Source of the DNA: a virus
DNA: 64,000 nucleotides
Direction: 5' to 3' (one strand)
Virus record (IMG/VR): IMGVR_UViG_3300038701_001599
Span: 1-64,000 of that record
The notes below the pieces were generated by a model that saw only the letters and a program-made list of their open reading frames with translations, was not told the origin of the DNA and ran no database searches. Numbering within the stretch: position 1 is the stretch's first letter; each line of letters begins with the position of its first letter. The position numbers and the translations under genes were made by a program. Below are positions 32,776 through 42,277 of this stretch, one piece after another.

Positions 32776-33641
32776 TTACCCATAAACCACGTAAAACTAT
32801 TAGAATAGACCCAAACAATAGAAGTAGTGACTTTATTCTAAGCTTTGGAAACGGCTGCTTATTTAATTGTCATTATTGTACTTGCAGAAGATTTAAACAT
32901 AAAGGAGTTAATATACCCACTAATGTAGATGAAATATTAGAAGCAGCAGATAGATTTCAAGAAAAATTGCCAGTTAAAATTCCTAATCAGATTAGTCGTG
33001 ACTTTTATATGTTTGATATTTCTTGCACAGAAGACTTCTGTCTACATGCTAAATATTATGATTGGAAAAAGATATTTAATTTCTTTAAAGAGAGGGATTC
33101 TATAGGAGCTACCATGGCTACTAAGTATGTAAATTATAATTTATTAGACTATAACCCCAAAGATAAACTTGGTAGAAGTAAAATTAGAATTAGGTTTAGC
33201 CTAATGCCTCAAGAATTATCTTATATTTTAGAGCCTAATACTAGTCTTATAGAGGAAAGAATTATGGCTATTAATACATTTAAGAAAGCAGGATATGAAG
33301 TACATATTAATTTTAGTCCTATAATCCTTTCTAAGGGTAGTTTAGAGCTATATAAGGAACTTTTTAGACAAATTGATGCCATACTACTAGATAAAGAAAA
33401 TATAGCCTCAGAATGTATCTTTTTAACTCATAGTGAAAGGTTACATAATTATAATATAGATAATGGATATTTTGAAGCAGAGGAATTATTATGGAAACCT
33501 GAAATTCAAGAATTGAAACAAAGTCAATATCAATCTAATGTATTAAGGTATAATTATAAATTAAAACACAAAGCTAAAAATACTTTTATAGAAGAATATA
33601 ATAAAATAATACCTTATATACCTATTAGATATATATTTTAA
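32766..33641 (+). CDS. Radical SAM enzyme, SplB / spore-photoproduct-lyase-like
   Basis: CLFNCHYC is a CxxxCxxC cluster motif near the N-terminus. The size and motif position fit the DNA-photolyase-like radical SAM group (COG1533-like). Confidence 0.5.
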   Translation: MGLITHKPRKTIRIDPNNRSSDFILSFGNGCLFNCHYCTCRRFKHKGVNIPTNVDEILEAADRFQEKLPVKIPNQISRDFYMFDISCTEDFCLHAKYYDWKKIFNFFKERDSIGATMATKYVNYNLLDYNPKDKLGRSKIRIRFSLMPQELSYILEPNTSLIEERIMAINTFKKAGYEVHINFSPIILSKGSLELYKELFRQIDAILLDKENIASECIFLTHSERLHNYNIDNGYFEAEELLWKPEIQELKQSQYQSNVLRYNYKLKHKAKNTFIEEYNKIIPYIPIRYIF

Positions 33642-33651
33642 ATAAATAACT

Positions 33652-33966
33652 ATGACTGAAGAAAAGAAAAATAGACTCAAAGAGTTTTATAAGCTGAATG
33701 ATACAGAGCTTTCTAATATAATAAGCTGGATTGAAAATATTTTGACAGATCAACATTATGATAAGACTGGCAAGTTATCTTTTATTCAAGTAGGCTTAAT
33801 AGATGAAATTATTAAAGACGCAGGTTTTGAATTGATTGAGGCTGATATTAATGGTTATCAAGTAGACTTTTGGAATACTTACAAGAAAGACAACCAGGTG
33901 TTTTTATTATCAGGCTCTTTATATTATGGTGATTTTAAACTACAAAAGAAAGAACATGAACATTAA
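33652..33966 (+). CDS. Hypothetical protein
   Basis: ORF track. Confidence 0.55.
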   Translation: MTEEKKNRLKEFYKLNDTELSNIISWIENILTDQHYDKTGKLSFIQVGLIDEIIKDAGFELIEADINGYQVDFWNTYKKDNQVFLLSGSLYYGDFKLQKKEHEH

Positions 33967-34369
33967 AGAAAGTAACAAGCTTATAGCTGAATTTATGGGA
34001 GCGCACTCAAGAGTATCAGATAAATATGGTGAATTATTTAGATTTGATAATAGAGGTGGAGAGTATGGAGAAAATGCTCTGCCTATAAGGTATCACCAAT
34101 CTTGGGACTGGCTTATGCCAGTTGTTGATAAGATTGATACTATGGATTTATCAAATATACAAGCTTGTATTAACGGCACTTTAGGTAAGCCGACAGGAGC
34201 TTCAATGATAATGTATGATGATAGAAGTTATATATGTGTAGATGGGGTGGGGACTCTTTTGAATGTATTTAATACCAATAATAGACTTTCTAATACTTAC
34301 GAGTGTGTAGTAGAGTTTATAAAATGGTACAATAAAAATAAAAATAATGTCAACAATAACAACTCATAG
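33956..34369 (+). CDS. Hypothetical protein (start moved to ATG 33956)
   Basis: The track start at 33926 overlaps the upstream gene by 41 nt. In-frame ATG at 33956 gives MNIKESNKL... Confidence 0.55.
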   Translation: MNIKESNKLIAEFMGAHSRVSDKYGELFRFDNRGGEYGENALPIRYHQSWDWLMPVVDKIDTMDLSNIQACINGTLGKPTGASMIMYDDRSYICVDGVGTLLNVFNTNNRLSNTYECVVEFIKWYNKNKNNVNNNNS

Positions 34370-34619
34370 CTACTGTGTAGTTAAAGACCATGACTTTGTA
34401 GTAGGTGATAAGATGGATGTAGTTAGTCATTTCGTAAGTTGGAGAATAGATAAAGAGAGACAGCTGTGGTATAAAATGAAAGGGTATCAAGACGTAAAAG
34501 GTTTTTCTTATGATACTGACTGGACTCACACAGATATGATTAAAGATGCTGTAGACTTTTTGTTTAATAAGTTAAAGAAAACTCCAGGCTATAAAGTATT
34601 TAGAGACATTGGGTTTTAA
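34347..34619 (+). CDS. Hypothetical protein
   Basis: ORF track. Confidence 0.55.
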   Translation: MSTITTHSYCVVKDHDFVVGDKMDVVSHFVSWRIDKERQLWYKMKGYQDVKGFSYDTDWTHTDMIKDAVDFLFNKLKKTPGYKVFRDIGF

Positions 34620-34630
34620 AATATAAAATA

Positions 34631-35047
34631 ATGAATGAACAACTTGTATCTTTTGAAGTAGCTAAGTTAGCTAAAGAAGTAGGATTTAATTGGAAGTGTA
34701 ATTTTTATGATGAATATATTACAGTATATGAAGTACAAAATGTAAAATATAATAGAAAAAAGTTTGGAATTTATGAAGATTGGAATCATAAAAAATATGG
34801 AAAAGCTTTTACTAGTTTGCCTACACAATCATTATTACAAAAATGGCTCAGAGATATACATGGTATAGCAGTACATATTAGCACAGATATTACACTTAGT
34901 TGGATTTATACTATCCAATCATTACATCCACAAGCTACATATACAGGACTTACTATACACTCTGAACAAGTATTTAGTACTTATGAAGAGTCTCTTGAGA
35001 AAGGTCTTTACAGAGCTTTAAAATTAATTAATAGAAAACCAAACTAA
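34631..35047 (+). CDS. Hypothetical protein
   Basis: ORF track. Confidence 0.55.
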   Translation: MNEQLVSFEVAKLAKEVGFNWKCNFYDEYITVYEVQNVKYNRKKFGIYEDWNHKKYGKAFTSLPTQSLLQKWLRDIHGIAVHISTDITLSWIYTIQSLHPQATYTGLTIHSEQVFSTYEESLEKGLYRALKLINRKPN

Positions 35048-35619
35048 TGACATTACAAGAGTACAAACAATTAGCTCCTAATACAATGAAAGAAATGGAT
35101 TATAAAGACCAGCAAATACATTTAGTATTAGGAATATCAGGAGAATTTCTTAGTGAAGTAGCCCCTGTTCTTTCTGGGGGCATTATAAATAAGACAGAAC
35201 TTACAGAAGAGTTAGGAGATATGATGTGGTATGTAGGATGTTATGCTAATATTAATGATATGTTTTTACGTGCTTATCCTACTCCTCCTATTGATAGTGT
35301 AGGAAAAATTATAGGAGACTTACTAGAAAATAGTAAGAAAGAGTGGGTATACGGAAAAGAGTTTAAAACAGTTGATAAAGAAAAGTATATTCAACAAATA
35401 GTGTTTTGGGTAAATCATATTTGTAATCAATTTGATATAGAATTGTCAGATGTTTTATCTTTAAATATAGAAAAGTTGCAAAAAAGATTTCCTAATAAAT
35501 TTGAAGCAGACAAAGCAATTAATAAAAATACAGTAGCAGAACAAGAAATATTTAATGGGACTGACACCAAAACAGAAGAAGCAACTTCTGAAAGCTCAGA
35601 AGGAGCAGGAGAAAAATGA
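35047..35619 (+). CDS. MazG-like nucleoside triphosphate pyrophosphohydrolase
   Basis: LGISGEFLSEV and LTEELGDMMWYV (EE.GD..WY) are MazG core motifs. Confidence 0.6.
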   Translation: MTLQEYKQLAPNTMKEMDYKDQQIHLVLGISGEFLSEVAPVLSGGIINKTELTEELGDMMWYVGCYANINDMFLRAYPTPPIDSVGKIIGDLLENSKKEWVYGKEFKTVDKEKYIQQIVFWVNHICNQFDIELSDVLSLNIEKLQKRFPNKFEADKAINKNTVAEQEIFNGTDTKTEEATSESSEGAGEK

Positions 35620-35705
35620 TAAAAAAGCCAAAAAGAAGTGGTACAAAGAGAAATTTCAAAATAAAACTAACTAATGAAAATTGGAGAAACAATTGTTGAA
35701 TTAGT

Positions 35706-35864
35706 ATGATCCCCCACATTAATGTAATTAATTTTTTAAAGTGGGTAAGGGATAATTTTACTTTGTCTGTAAAAGATAGGGGGTGGATAAAAAATAATAC
35801 AAATGATTTATATACAGAAAAATTAGTTTATAAAGACTATTTAAATAACCTTGATAATAAATAA
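35706..35864 (+). CDS. 52-aa micro-protein
   Basis: Manual translation: MIPHINVINFLKWVRDNFTLSV... Same strand as the whole module, and replaces the antisense track ORF. Confidence 0.3.
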   Translation: MIPHINVINFLKWVRDNFTLSVKDRGWIKNNTNDLYTEKLVYKDYLNNLDNK

Positions 35865-35866
35865 TA

Positions 35867-36031
35867 ATGGGAACATTAAAAAGCAAAATTAAAGAATTTC
35901 TTAAGCCAGGTAGTAGTAAAAGATTAGAAAACCGAGATAATAGAGTAAAAGCAAAACAAAAAAGAGCTAAGAGAAGAGGTATGTGGGAACGCATTTGGAA
36001 AAGAGGATTAAAAAATAGTGATGAAGTTTAA
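35867..36031 (+). CDS. 54-aa highly basic micro-protein
   Basis: Manual translation: MGTLKSKIKEFLKPGSSKRLENRDNRVKAKQKRAKRRGMWERIWKRG... Overlaps the ligase start. Confidence 0.3.
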   Translation: MGTLKSKIKEFLKPGSSKRLENRDNRVKAKQKRAKRRGMWERIWKRGLKNSDEV

Positions 36032-37049
36032 TAAATACCATAAAATTCCACAATTTAGAGACGTTGTTAGGACAGTTCAGCATATGGCACATTTTATTGG
36101 GCTAGATGAAGATAATCAGCCCATTTATGATAGTTTTATAAGAAAACCTATTTTAACTTTTACTGGTACAGTTAAATTACATGGTACAAATGCTATGATT
36201 ACTTATACTCCTGAAGAAGGTATTAGAGCTGGTAAAAGAAGTAGTTTACTTCCTCCTAAAGAATATAGTGCTCATTTTGAATTTAATGGGTTTGTCTGGA
36301 GAAATGAAGGATATTTTACAAAAAAGATGCATGAATTATGGGAAAAATATTGCTCTCCTGGAGAGCAAATTACAATATTTGGAGAATGGGCAGGAGAAGG
36401 AATTCAAAAAGGAGTAGGAATATCAGAATTGCCTAAAGCATTTTATATATTTGACTGCAAAGTGAGAAATATAGAAACTAATTCTGATGTATGGATTGAT
36501 GTAGATACTCCTGATTTTAATTTTGATCTAGATGGTGTTTACAATATACATAATTTTATTACTTATAAAGTAATTGTAGATTTTGAAAAGCCTAAAGAGT
36601 CTCAAAATGCTTTTATAGAGTTAACAGAATCAGTAGAAAAAGAATGTCCTGTAGCTTTAGAATTAGGTGCAAAAGATAATTTAATAGGAGAAGGTATTGT
36701 ATGGACTACTTTTTGGAAAGGGGAAAAGCTTATATTTAAAGTTAAAGGAGAAAAGCATAGTAATACTAAAGTTAAAAAATTAGCTAAAGTAGATACAGAA
36801 AAGTTAGAATCAATAGATAAATTTGTAGAGTATGCCTGTACAGAAAATAGAATAGAGCAAGGTATTCAAGAAAGTAACGCTACAGAAACAAAGGATGTAG
36901 GGAATTTAATTAGGTGGGTAGCAAATGATATATTAGCAGAAGAGTCAGATACTTTAAAAGATAATAATTTAGAGTGGAAAGAAGTAGCAAAAGATGTAGC
37001 GACTAAAACTAGAAAGTATTACTTTGATAAACTAAATGAGATTTTATAA
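36021..37049 (+). CDS. RNA ligase, Rnl2 / RNA_ligase (PF09414-like) family
   Basis: Motif I VKLHGTN (nucleotidyl-Lys), GEWAGEGIQKG, EGIVW, FKVKGEKH. ATG 36021 is preferred over GTG 36018. Confidence 0.6.
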   Translation: MKFNKYHKIPQFRDVVRTVQHMAHFIGLDEDNQPIYDSFIRKPILTFTGTVKLHGTNAMITYTPEEGIRAGKRSSLLPPKEYSAHFEFNGFVWRNEGYFTKKMHELWEKYCSPGEQITIFGEWAGEGIQKGVGISELPKAFYIFDCKVRNIETNSDVWIDVDTPDFNFDLDGVYNIHNFITYKVIVDFEKPKESQNAFIELTESVEKECPVALELGAKDNLIGEGIVWTTFWKGEKLIFKVKGEKHSNTKVKKLAKVDTEKLESIDKFVEYACTENRIEQGIQESNATETKDVGNLIRWVANDILAEESDTLKDNNLEWKEVAKDVATKTRKYYFDKLNEIL

Positions 37050-37285
37050 TGCCTTGTGAAATATGTGGAAAAAAGAGCTGTACAAAAAGTTTTCATTCTG
37101 TAGAAACTCAAGAAGAATTTGATAATATAGCAGATAAAGTAAAAGATACTATGAGAAAAGAATTTAAAAAGTTATTAGATGATTTTTCTGACGAGTTATT
37201 AAACAGAGACTTAATTATAGAAACTGGTATTAATGTATTTATTGACTTATATAATCAGTACGATGATAAAATTGATTTACTATGA
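37049..37285 (+). CDS. Small hypothetical protein with N-terminal CxxC
   Basis: ORF track; MPCEICGKKSC... Confidence 0.5.
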   Translation: MPCEICGKKSCTKSFHSVETQEEFDNIADKVKDTMRKEFKKLLDDFSDELLNRDLIIETGINVFIDLYNQYDDKIDLL

Positions 37286-37632
37286 GTAAAATAAATAAAA
37301 CTCTATTTAATTTTGACTTTGAAGGAAAAAATATTTATTGCAATATTAATTTTGAAAAGGAGTTTGTTAAAAATAATTTTTATGGAGATCCAGAAAAACT
37401 TATTAAAAGTTGGAAAGAAGACTTGTCTAAGTTACTTAATAAAAATAGTTTATTTAATACTAGCATTTATTTTTTTAAATATAGTAAAGGGAAAGAAACT
37501 TATATTATAGATATTTATGAACCAAACGGTAATTATGTTGTATTTAATGATGTATTAGCTGTTACTGGACATGAAAACTTAGTCTTAGTAGATTTAAATA
37601 CTAAAGAATGGACAAAAGTACACACTAACTAA
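37282..37632 (+). CDS. Hypothetical protein (last plus-strand gene)
   Basis: ORF track. Confidence 0.55.
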   Translation: MSKINKTLFNFDFEGKNIYCNINFEKEFVKNNFYGDPEKLIKSWKEDLSKLLNKNSLFNTSIYFFKYSKGKETYIIDIYEPNGNYVVFNDVLAVTGHENLVLVDLNTKEWTKVHTN

Positions 37633-37655
37633 AATTGATTTACTATAAAAAGTGT

Positions 37656-37687
37656 GGAGAAAGGTAAAAATTAAATTACCTTTCTCC
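37656..37687. terminator. Bidirectional intrinsic terminator at the convergence of the two modules
   Basis: GGAGAAAGGTAA (37656-37667) pairs perfectly with TTACCTTTCTCC (37676-37687). T-rich on the minus-strand side (complement of CTATAAAAAGTG). Confidence 0.65.
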
Positions 37688-37731
37688 TTCTACTAAAAAA
37701 TTTCTCCGCTAATTACTTTAGGTATATTAGT

Positions 37732-40700
37732 TTAATATAACCAATTTAAAGCTTTATATTTTAAGAATTGATTAGCTGAATCTGGATCTCTTAAAGACAT
37801 ACTACCTTTAACACCAGGTATTTGCTTTAATATATATCTTTCCCTTTTACTCATTCCTTTATAAGGGCCTCTCTCTACTTCTTCACTTCCCCAAATTAAA
37901 TCCATAACATCAAGCATTTGTTCTACTTGTTTAGTACCAGCTACTGGACTATTTAATACTGTTAAAAGTTCCATATAAGGTACTGGAGTAGGAGTTAATG
38001 ATAATGCAGAAGTTTCCAACAATACCCTGTTAGATAAATATGCTAACGCTTCTAATTGCCAGTTGTCATCATCATCGTCACTTGCGTTATTTATAATTTT
38101 AGCTACTACTGACATTATGCCTACAGCTATAATTTCTAACATAGCTCTACGAACAGCTTCTTTTTGATAAGGTTCAAATTCATCTAAACTAGTTAATAAC
38201 TTTTTAAGATTTGCTACTCTATTTGGTTCCATTATAGTAGACTTCAGAATATTTAAAAATTCTCTATGGTAGCCTACTTCAATTTCACCTGTCATAAGAT
38301 TAGTACCTTTAGCTTTATATCTTCTAGCAATACCATCAATTAACCAACCTCTATGCGTTGCCACTAATTGTCCCCAAGTAGACTGGTGTATTTTAGCTCT
38401 ATCTAATTGAGTTAAAGTACCATCAGCTTTAGTGGCTAGATTATTTATAGTATAATCTAAATAATTTAAATCTGACTCTTTAACAACATTTTTAAATTCT
38501 TCTTTTACTACTAATTTATGGTTTTTAACTTCCATCATATCATATATAGAAGTTAGTTCTCCATATTTTTCTACTGGGTTTATAGTACCATTTTTAATAG
38601 CTTGGTTAAAATTAGCTTCAGTATAAAACTTGTCTTTATAAAGTTTATAATTAAACATTACTGCCAAAGATATATTAGCTTTCATAGCATAATCAGCCAT
38701 ACCATAGCCAAAATAAACTATATCACTTTTAGTAATTCTTTTTATTTTACTTTTGTCTAAGTCATCAAATATTTCATCAAAAGAATCTACTACTCTAAAA
38801 TATTCTAGCATAACATTTAACTTATTATTCTTATTAATAGATTTAAATTCTTTAATAGCTTCAGGAAGACTAGTAATATACTCTCCCCAAGCTTTTTTCT
38901 TAGCATTTACTGTTGTATACTTACCTACTATATCTTCTATAAAACTATTAGCAACTCCGTTTATATAGCCAGACGCTATAGTAAAAAAGTTAAACATTAA
39001 GTTTACTCCTCTAATATAAGAATTAACTCCATTAGCTAATTTATTAACATTTACTTTTCTATTAATTAAAGGTATAGTAATATCTGCCTGCCCCTGCTTT
39101 TGCTTACCATAAACTTGCATTTCCATAAAAGTTTGTATCATTTTATAAGTATTAGTCTCTACTCCACTTTTTACTACACTGTCTTTTTTATATTTTACTT
39201 TACCAAACTCTTCTTTTACAATCTCTAAATCAGGTGCTATCTTAGACATCTCTTCATAATTATTAGCCATTTGACTATATTTAATTACAGAAGAAACTAA
39301 GTCTGTAGATACATTACCAGGGTTTTCTAACATTTTAGTAAAGTAAATAGGAACATACATCTTAACACTACCGTCTATTCTCTCATCTGGATTACCAAAC
39401 TCATCATCATCTACTCTACTAAATATTTCATCTGATAATAATTCTTTTAAGTTTTCTTTATTTAAATTACCTCCAACAAGTAAGTCATTAAAAGACTTAC
39501 TAATTTGGGGTAACATATAAGCATTTCTAGTACCCACTGGAATTTTATTATCCATTCTTTGTTTAGTATCTAATAATTCTTTAAGAGCTGCTTTTTCATT
39601 AACACTTAATCTATTATAATCTGAATTATTCCATTTAGAACTTGGCTGCATTCCAATCCAAGAGGGGTCATATTTATCATTATAAAATTTAGAATCTTTA
39701 GATAATTCTTTCCATTTTGCTTCTTTAATAATATACTTCTTATGTCTTGGTACTAAATGAGTAGCATAAGAGTAAGGAACAGATTTACCTTTGTAATTAG
39801 CATAATAATGTTTTGCTATGAATTCTTTTATTTTACCATCCCTTCTAGCTTTTTCCTCCATTTCTCTAAATTCAGCAGTAGTTTCTGTAGTAGCATAAAG
39901 TCCAATATTACTCTTCTTTCTATCCTTTTTAACTTGTTTATTCTCATATAATTCATTGGTAATACTTTGAATTTGCTTGTCTATATCTCTAATAATTTCT
40001 AGAGTAGTTTCAGGAACTTTAGAAAGATTAACTTCCATTTTTCCATTCTGAAATGGAGATAAAATTTCTTTCCTTTTCTTTTTTAAATGCTCAATATCAT
40101 CTGATAATTTTTCTCCTTTTTCTAAGTTAGAGATAATATTCCAAAATGCCTTATCATAAACTTCCTCACTATTAGCTTTTAACCAAGCTTCATATTCTTC
40201 TTTAGTATATCTGTCTTTAGCGACTTTTCTCTCTTTTTCAAACTGCTCTTTTTTTACATCAAACTCTCTTTCTTTATTTATTTTTTCATAAAAAGCATTT
40301 AATTCCTTAGCAATTTCTAATTGTTTGCCTTCTTTTTTAGTACCATCTTCATTATATTCTTTAGATAATCTTTTTCTATCTATTTTTAAATCTTCTAGTT
40401 TGCTTAAATCAGTATCAGATAATAAATAATAATCTACATTACCATCTTCTGTTCTTACTTTATTTTCTATATCTTTAATCTGTACATCAATATATAATAA
40501 AGCCTCCCTAGTTTCTAAAGATAAATCATTCTGCATATCATAATAATCTGATGTATATACTCTCTCTGTATTTTCAGATAACCAAGCATTTTTTTCTTTT
40601 CTAAATTCTAGTGCTTTTTTAGGATCATAAGGTTCTCTTTGCCCTTCTTCTAATTTATATTTTTCTTTTAACTTGTCAAAAAATTCATCATATTCTTTAT

Positions 40701-42276
40701 AAAATTCTGCTAGTCTATATTGAGTTAAGAAATAACCTGTTGCTTTACTTCCTTTAGTTTCTACTAATTTAGAAGTATCTACTACACCTAAGTCATTTAT
40801 TACTTTATTTATTAAGTCTTTACCTAAATTTGAAGTATTACGTAGTATTTTTTGTTTTGCTTTAGCAACTAAAGTATATATAGATCTAGCTATAGGGCTA
40901 GATAAATCTCTAATACTACCAAACCAAGATTGTATAACATTAGCATCAATGTTTTGAGTATCAAATAATTCTTCTTTATTAAAGTCTTCTTCTACATTAG
41001 CATCACTATAAATATCAGATATAACATTTTTAGCCATTTCTGAATGTGCGTCTGTATGAAAATCTTCTACATCTTCTAATGCTGATATTAACCCTCTAAT
41101 AATATTATCAATTTCATTTTGTCTCTCTTGAGAATAATTTGTAAATAGAGGAGAATAATTATTTTTCTTTTTAATTTCTCTTAATAATGGCATGTAGTAA
41201 TCAATAAATTCTTTTAATTGACTAATCTTATTACTACTAACTTCTTTATCTCCTTTTCTAATTTCATTAATATATTGATTAGCTATTCTAACATCATCTT
41301 GTACAAAACCTAAAAATAATTCTAGTCCTTGTTCTTCTTCAGCTCTAGCTAATTTTTCTCTTAGTTTAGTAATAGTATCTCCTACCCTTTGAGTAGTACG
41401 TTGAGCAGCTTTTCTTTTTCTTAAAGAAGTAAGTCTAGCTTCTAATCTTTCTATAGCAGCATTTAAAGCCTCCTTTAAGTCTTTTTGCTGTTCTGCAGAG
41501 AAATATATGCCTTCTGTATTAAAGTCCGTTATAGAGCCTCTATTAGTCTTATTTAGCATATCATTAGTAACACTTTCTATATAACTATTTAGTTGCTCTG
41601 CCTTAGCTTTATTAGAGTTAAAAATACTTAATAATTTATTCCAAAGACTTTCTAAAGTTCTAAACATTCTATAAGAAATTCCTTCTTTTTGATTAGTAAT
41701 AATATTATCTGCTACTAATTTACCTAATATTTCTTTTCTAACTTTAGTTTCTATTTGTTCTGATGTAAGTTCAGGATTTAATTCTTTATAACGAGCAGTA
41801 TATCCTTCTACATTTTTTTTATATTGCTCTGTATCTGCTACTAATTCTAAAACTCTGTCTAATTGTCTAGACTTTGGCATAATAGCAACTCCTAAGTGAG
41901 CTGCTTCCTCTACAAAATCATAGTCAGAAGCATTATCTCCTAAAGCAATTACAGAGTTATTTAAATCTATTAAGGCATTAATTCCTTCTGTAGAAAATTC
42001 TTTACCTCTAATTTTTAAACTAGCCATATAGTCTTCTAATGACTTAGTTTCAAACCCCAGCTCATTAACAAATTCATAAATTCTATTTACAATCTTTTGA
42101 TCTAATTTGGGGGGAGATTGCTCTCCCCCCAAATTTAAATCTTCTAAAGTAGGAAAATATTTTACATTATTTTCAGATTGCCATAAAGATACAGTTACTT
42201 CCATTTCAAACTGAGACATCCCAGAATCTTTTACTAATTGCTGAAATTCAGGATTTGAAATATTAACACAATCCAT
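37732..42276 (-). CDS. Large virion-associated protein (1,514 aa) with degenerate zincin-like N-terminal module
   Basis: Uninterrupted 4.5-kb ORF, 1 nt from the upstream gene. Residues 98-127 are paralogous to the HEXXH region of the 4,593-aa protein but read EEAAH. Long coiled-coil-like K/E regions. Confidence 0.6.
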   Translation of the reverse strand: MDCVNISNPEFQQLVKDSGMSQFEMEVTVSLWQSENNVKYFPTLEDLNLGGEQSPPKLDQKIVNRIYEFVNELGFETKSLEDYMASLKIRGKEFSTEGINALIDLNNSVIALGDNASDYDFVEEAAHLGVAIMPKSRQLDRVLELVADTEQYKKNVEGYTARYKELNPELTSEQIETKVRKEILGKLVADNIITNQKEGISYRMFRTLESLWNKLLSIFNSNKAKAEQLNSYIESVTNDMLNKTNRGSITDFNTEGIYFSAEQQKDLKEALNAAIERLEARLTSLRKRKAAQRTTQRVGDTITKLREKLARAEEEQGLELFLGFVQDDVRIANQYINEIRKGDKEVSSNKISQLKEFIDYYMPLLREIKKKNNYSPLFTNYSQERQNEIDNIIRGLISALEDVEDFHTDAHSEMAKNVISDIYSDANVEEDFNKEELFDTQNIDANVIQSWFGSIRDLSSPIARSIYTLVAKAKQKILRNTSNLGKDLINKVINDLGVVDTSKLVETKGSKATGYFLTQYRLAEFYKEYDEFFDKLKEKYKLEEGQREPYDPKKALEFRKEKNAWLSENTERVYTSDYYDMQNDLSLETREALLYIDVQIKDIENKVRTEDGNVDYYLLSDTDLSKLEDLKIDRKRLSKEYNEDGTKKEGKQLEIAKELNAFYEKINKEREFDVKKEQFEKERKVAKDRYTKEEYEAWLKANSEEVYDKAFWNIISNLEKGEKLSDDIEHLKKKRKEILSPFQNGKMEVNLSKVPETTLEIIRDIDKQIQSITNELYENKQVKKDRKKSNIGLYATTETTAEFREMEEKARRDGKIKEFIAKHYYANYKGKSVPYSYATHLVPRHKKYIIKEAKWKELSKDSKFYNDKYDPSWIGMQPSSKWNNSDYNRLSVNEKAALKELLDTKQRMDNKIPVGTRNAYMLPQISKSFNDLLVGGNLNKENLKELLSDEIFSRVDDDEFGNPDERIDGSVKMYVPIYFTKMLENPGNVSTDLVSSVIKYSQMANNYEEMSKIAPDLEIVKEEFGKVKYKKDSVVKSGVETNTYKMIQTFMEMQVYGKQKQGQADITIPLINRKVNVNKLANGVNSYIRGVNLMFNFFTIASGYINGVANSFIEDIVGKYTTVNAKKKAWGEYITSLPEAIKEFKSINKNNKLNVMLEYFRVVDSFDEIFDDLDKSKIKRITKSDIVYFGYGMADYAMKANISLAVMFNYKLYKDKFYTEANFNQAIKNGTINPVEKYGELTSIYDMMEVKNHKLVVKEEFKNVVKESDLNYLDYTINNLATKADGTLTQLDRAKIHQSTWGQLVATHRGWLIDGIARRYKAKGTNLMTGEIEVGYHREFLNILKSTIMEPNRVANLKKLLTSLDEFEPYQKEAVRRAMLEIIAVGIMSVVAKIINNASDDDDDNWQLEALAYLSNRVLLETSALSLTPTPVPYMELLTVLNSPVAGTKQVEQMLDVMDLIWGSEEVERGPYKGMSKRERYILKQIPGVKGSMSLRDPDSANQFLKYKALNWLY

Positions 42277-42277
42277 A

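Noticed and set aside
1012-35994. All minus-strand ORFs of the track inside the plus-strand module: 1012-1233, 2756-3001, 3565-4005, 4467-4718, 5814-6083, 7898-8191, 8228-8449, 9447-9671, 11246-11428, 11709-11993, 14327-14536, 17142-17450, 18804-19034, 25476-25664, 29597-29815, 30153-30341, 35758-35994
   Set aside because: Each lies antisense to a longer, motif-bearing or tightly coupled plus-strand gene. Their products are low-complexity and hydrophobic (F/L/I/S-rich), as expected from reading AT-rich coding DNA backwards. 35758-35994 is better explained by two coupled plus-strand micro-ORFs. The two ORFs in the GC-rich genes are the long random frames expected at higher GC.
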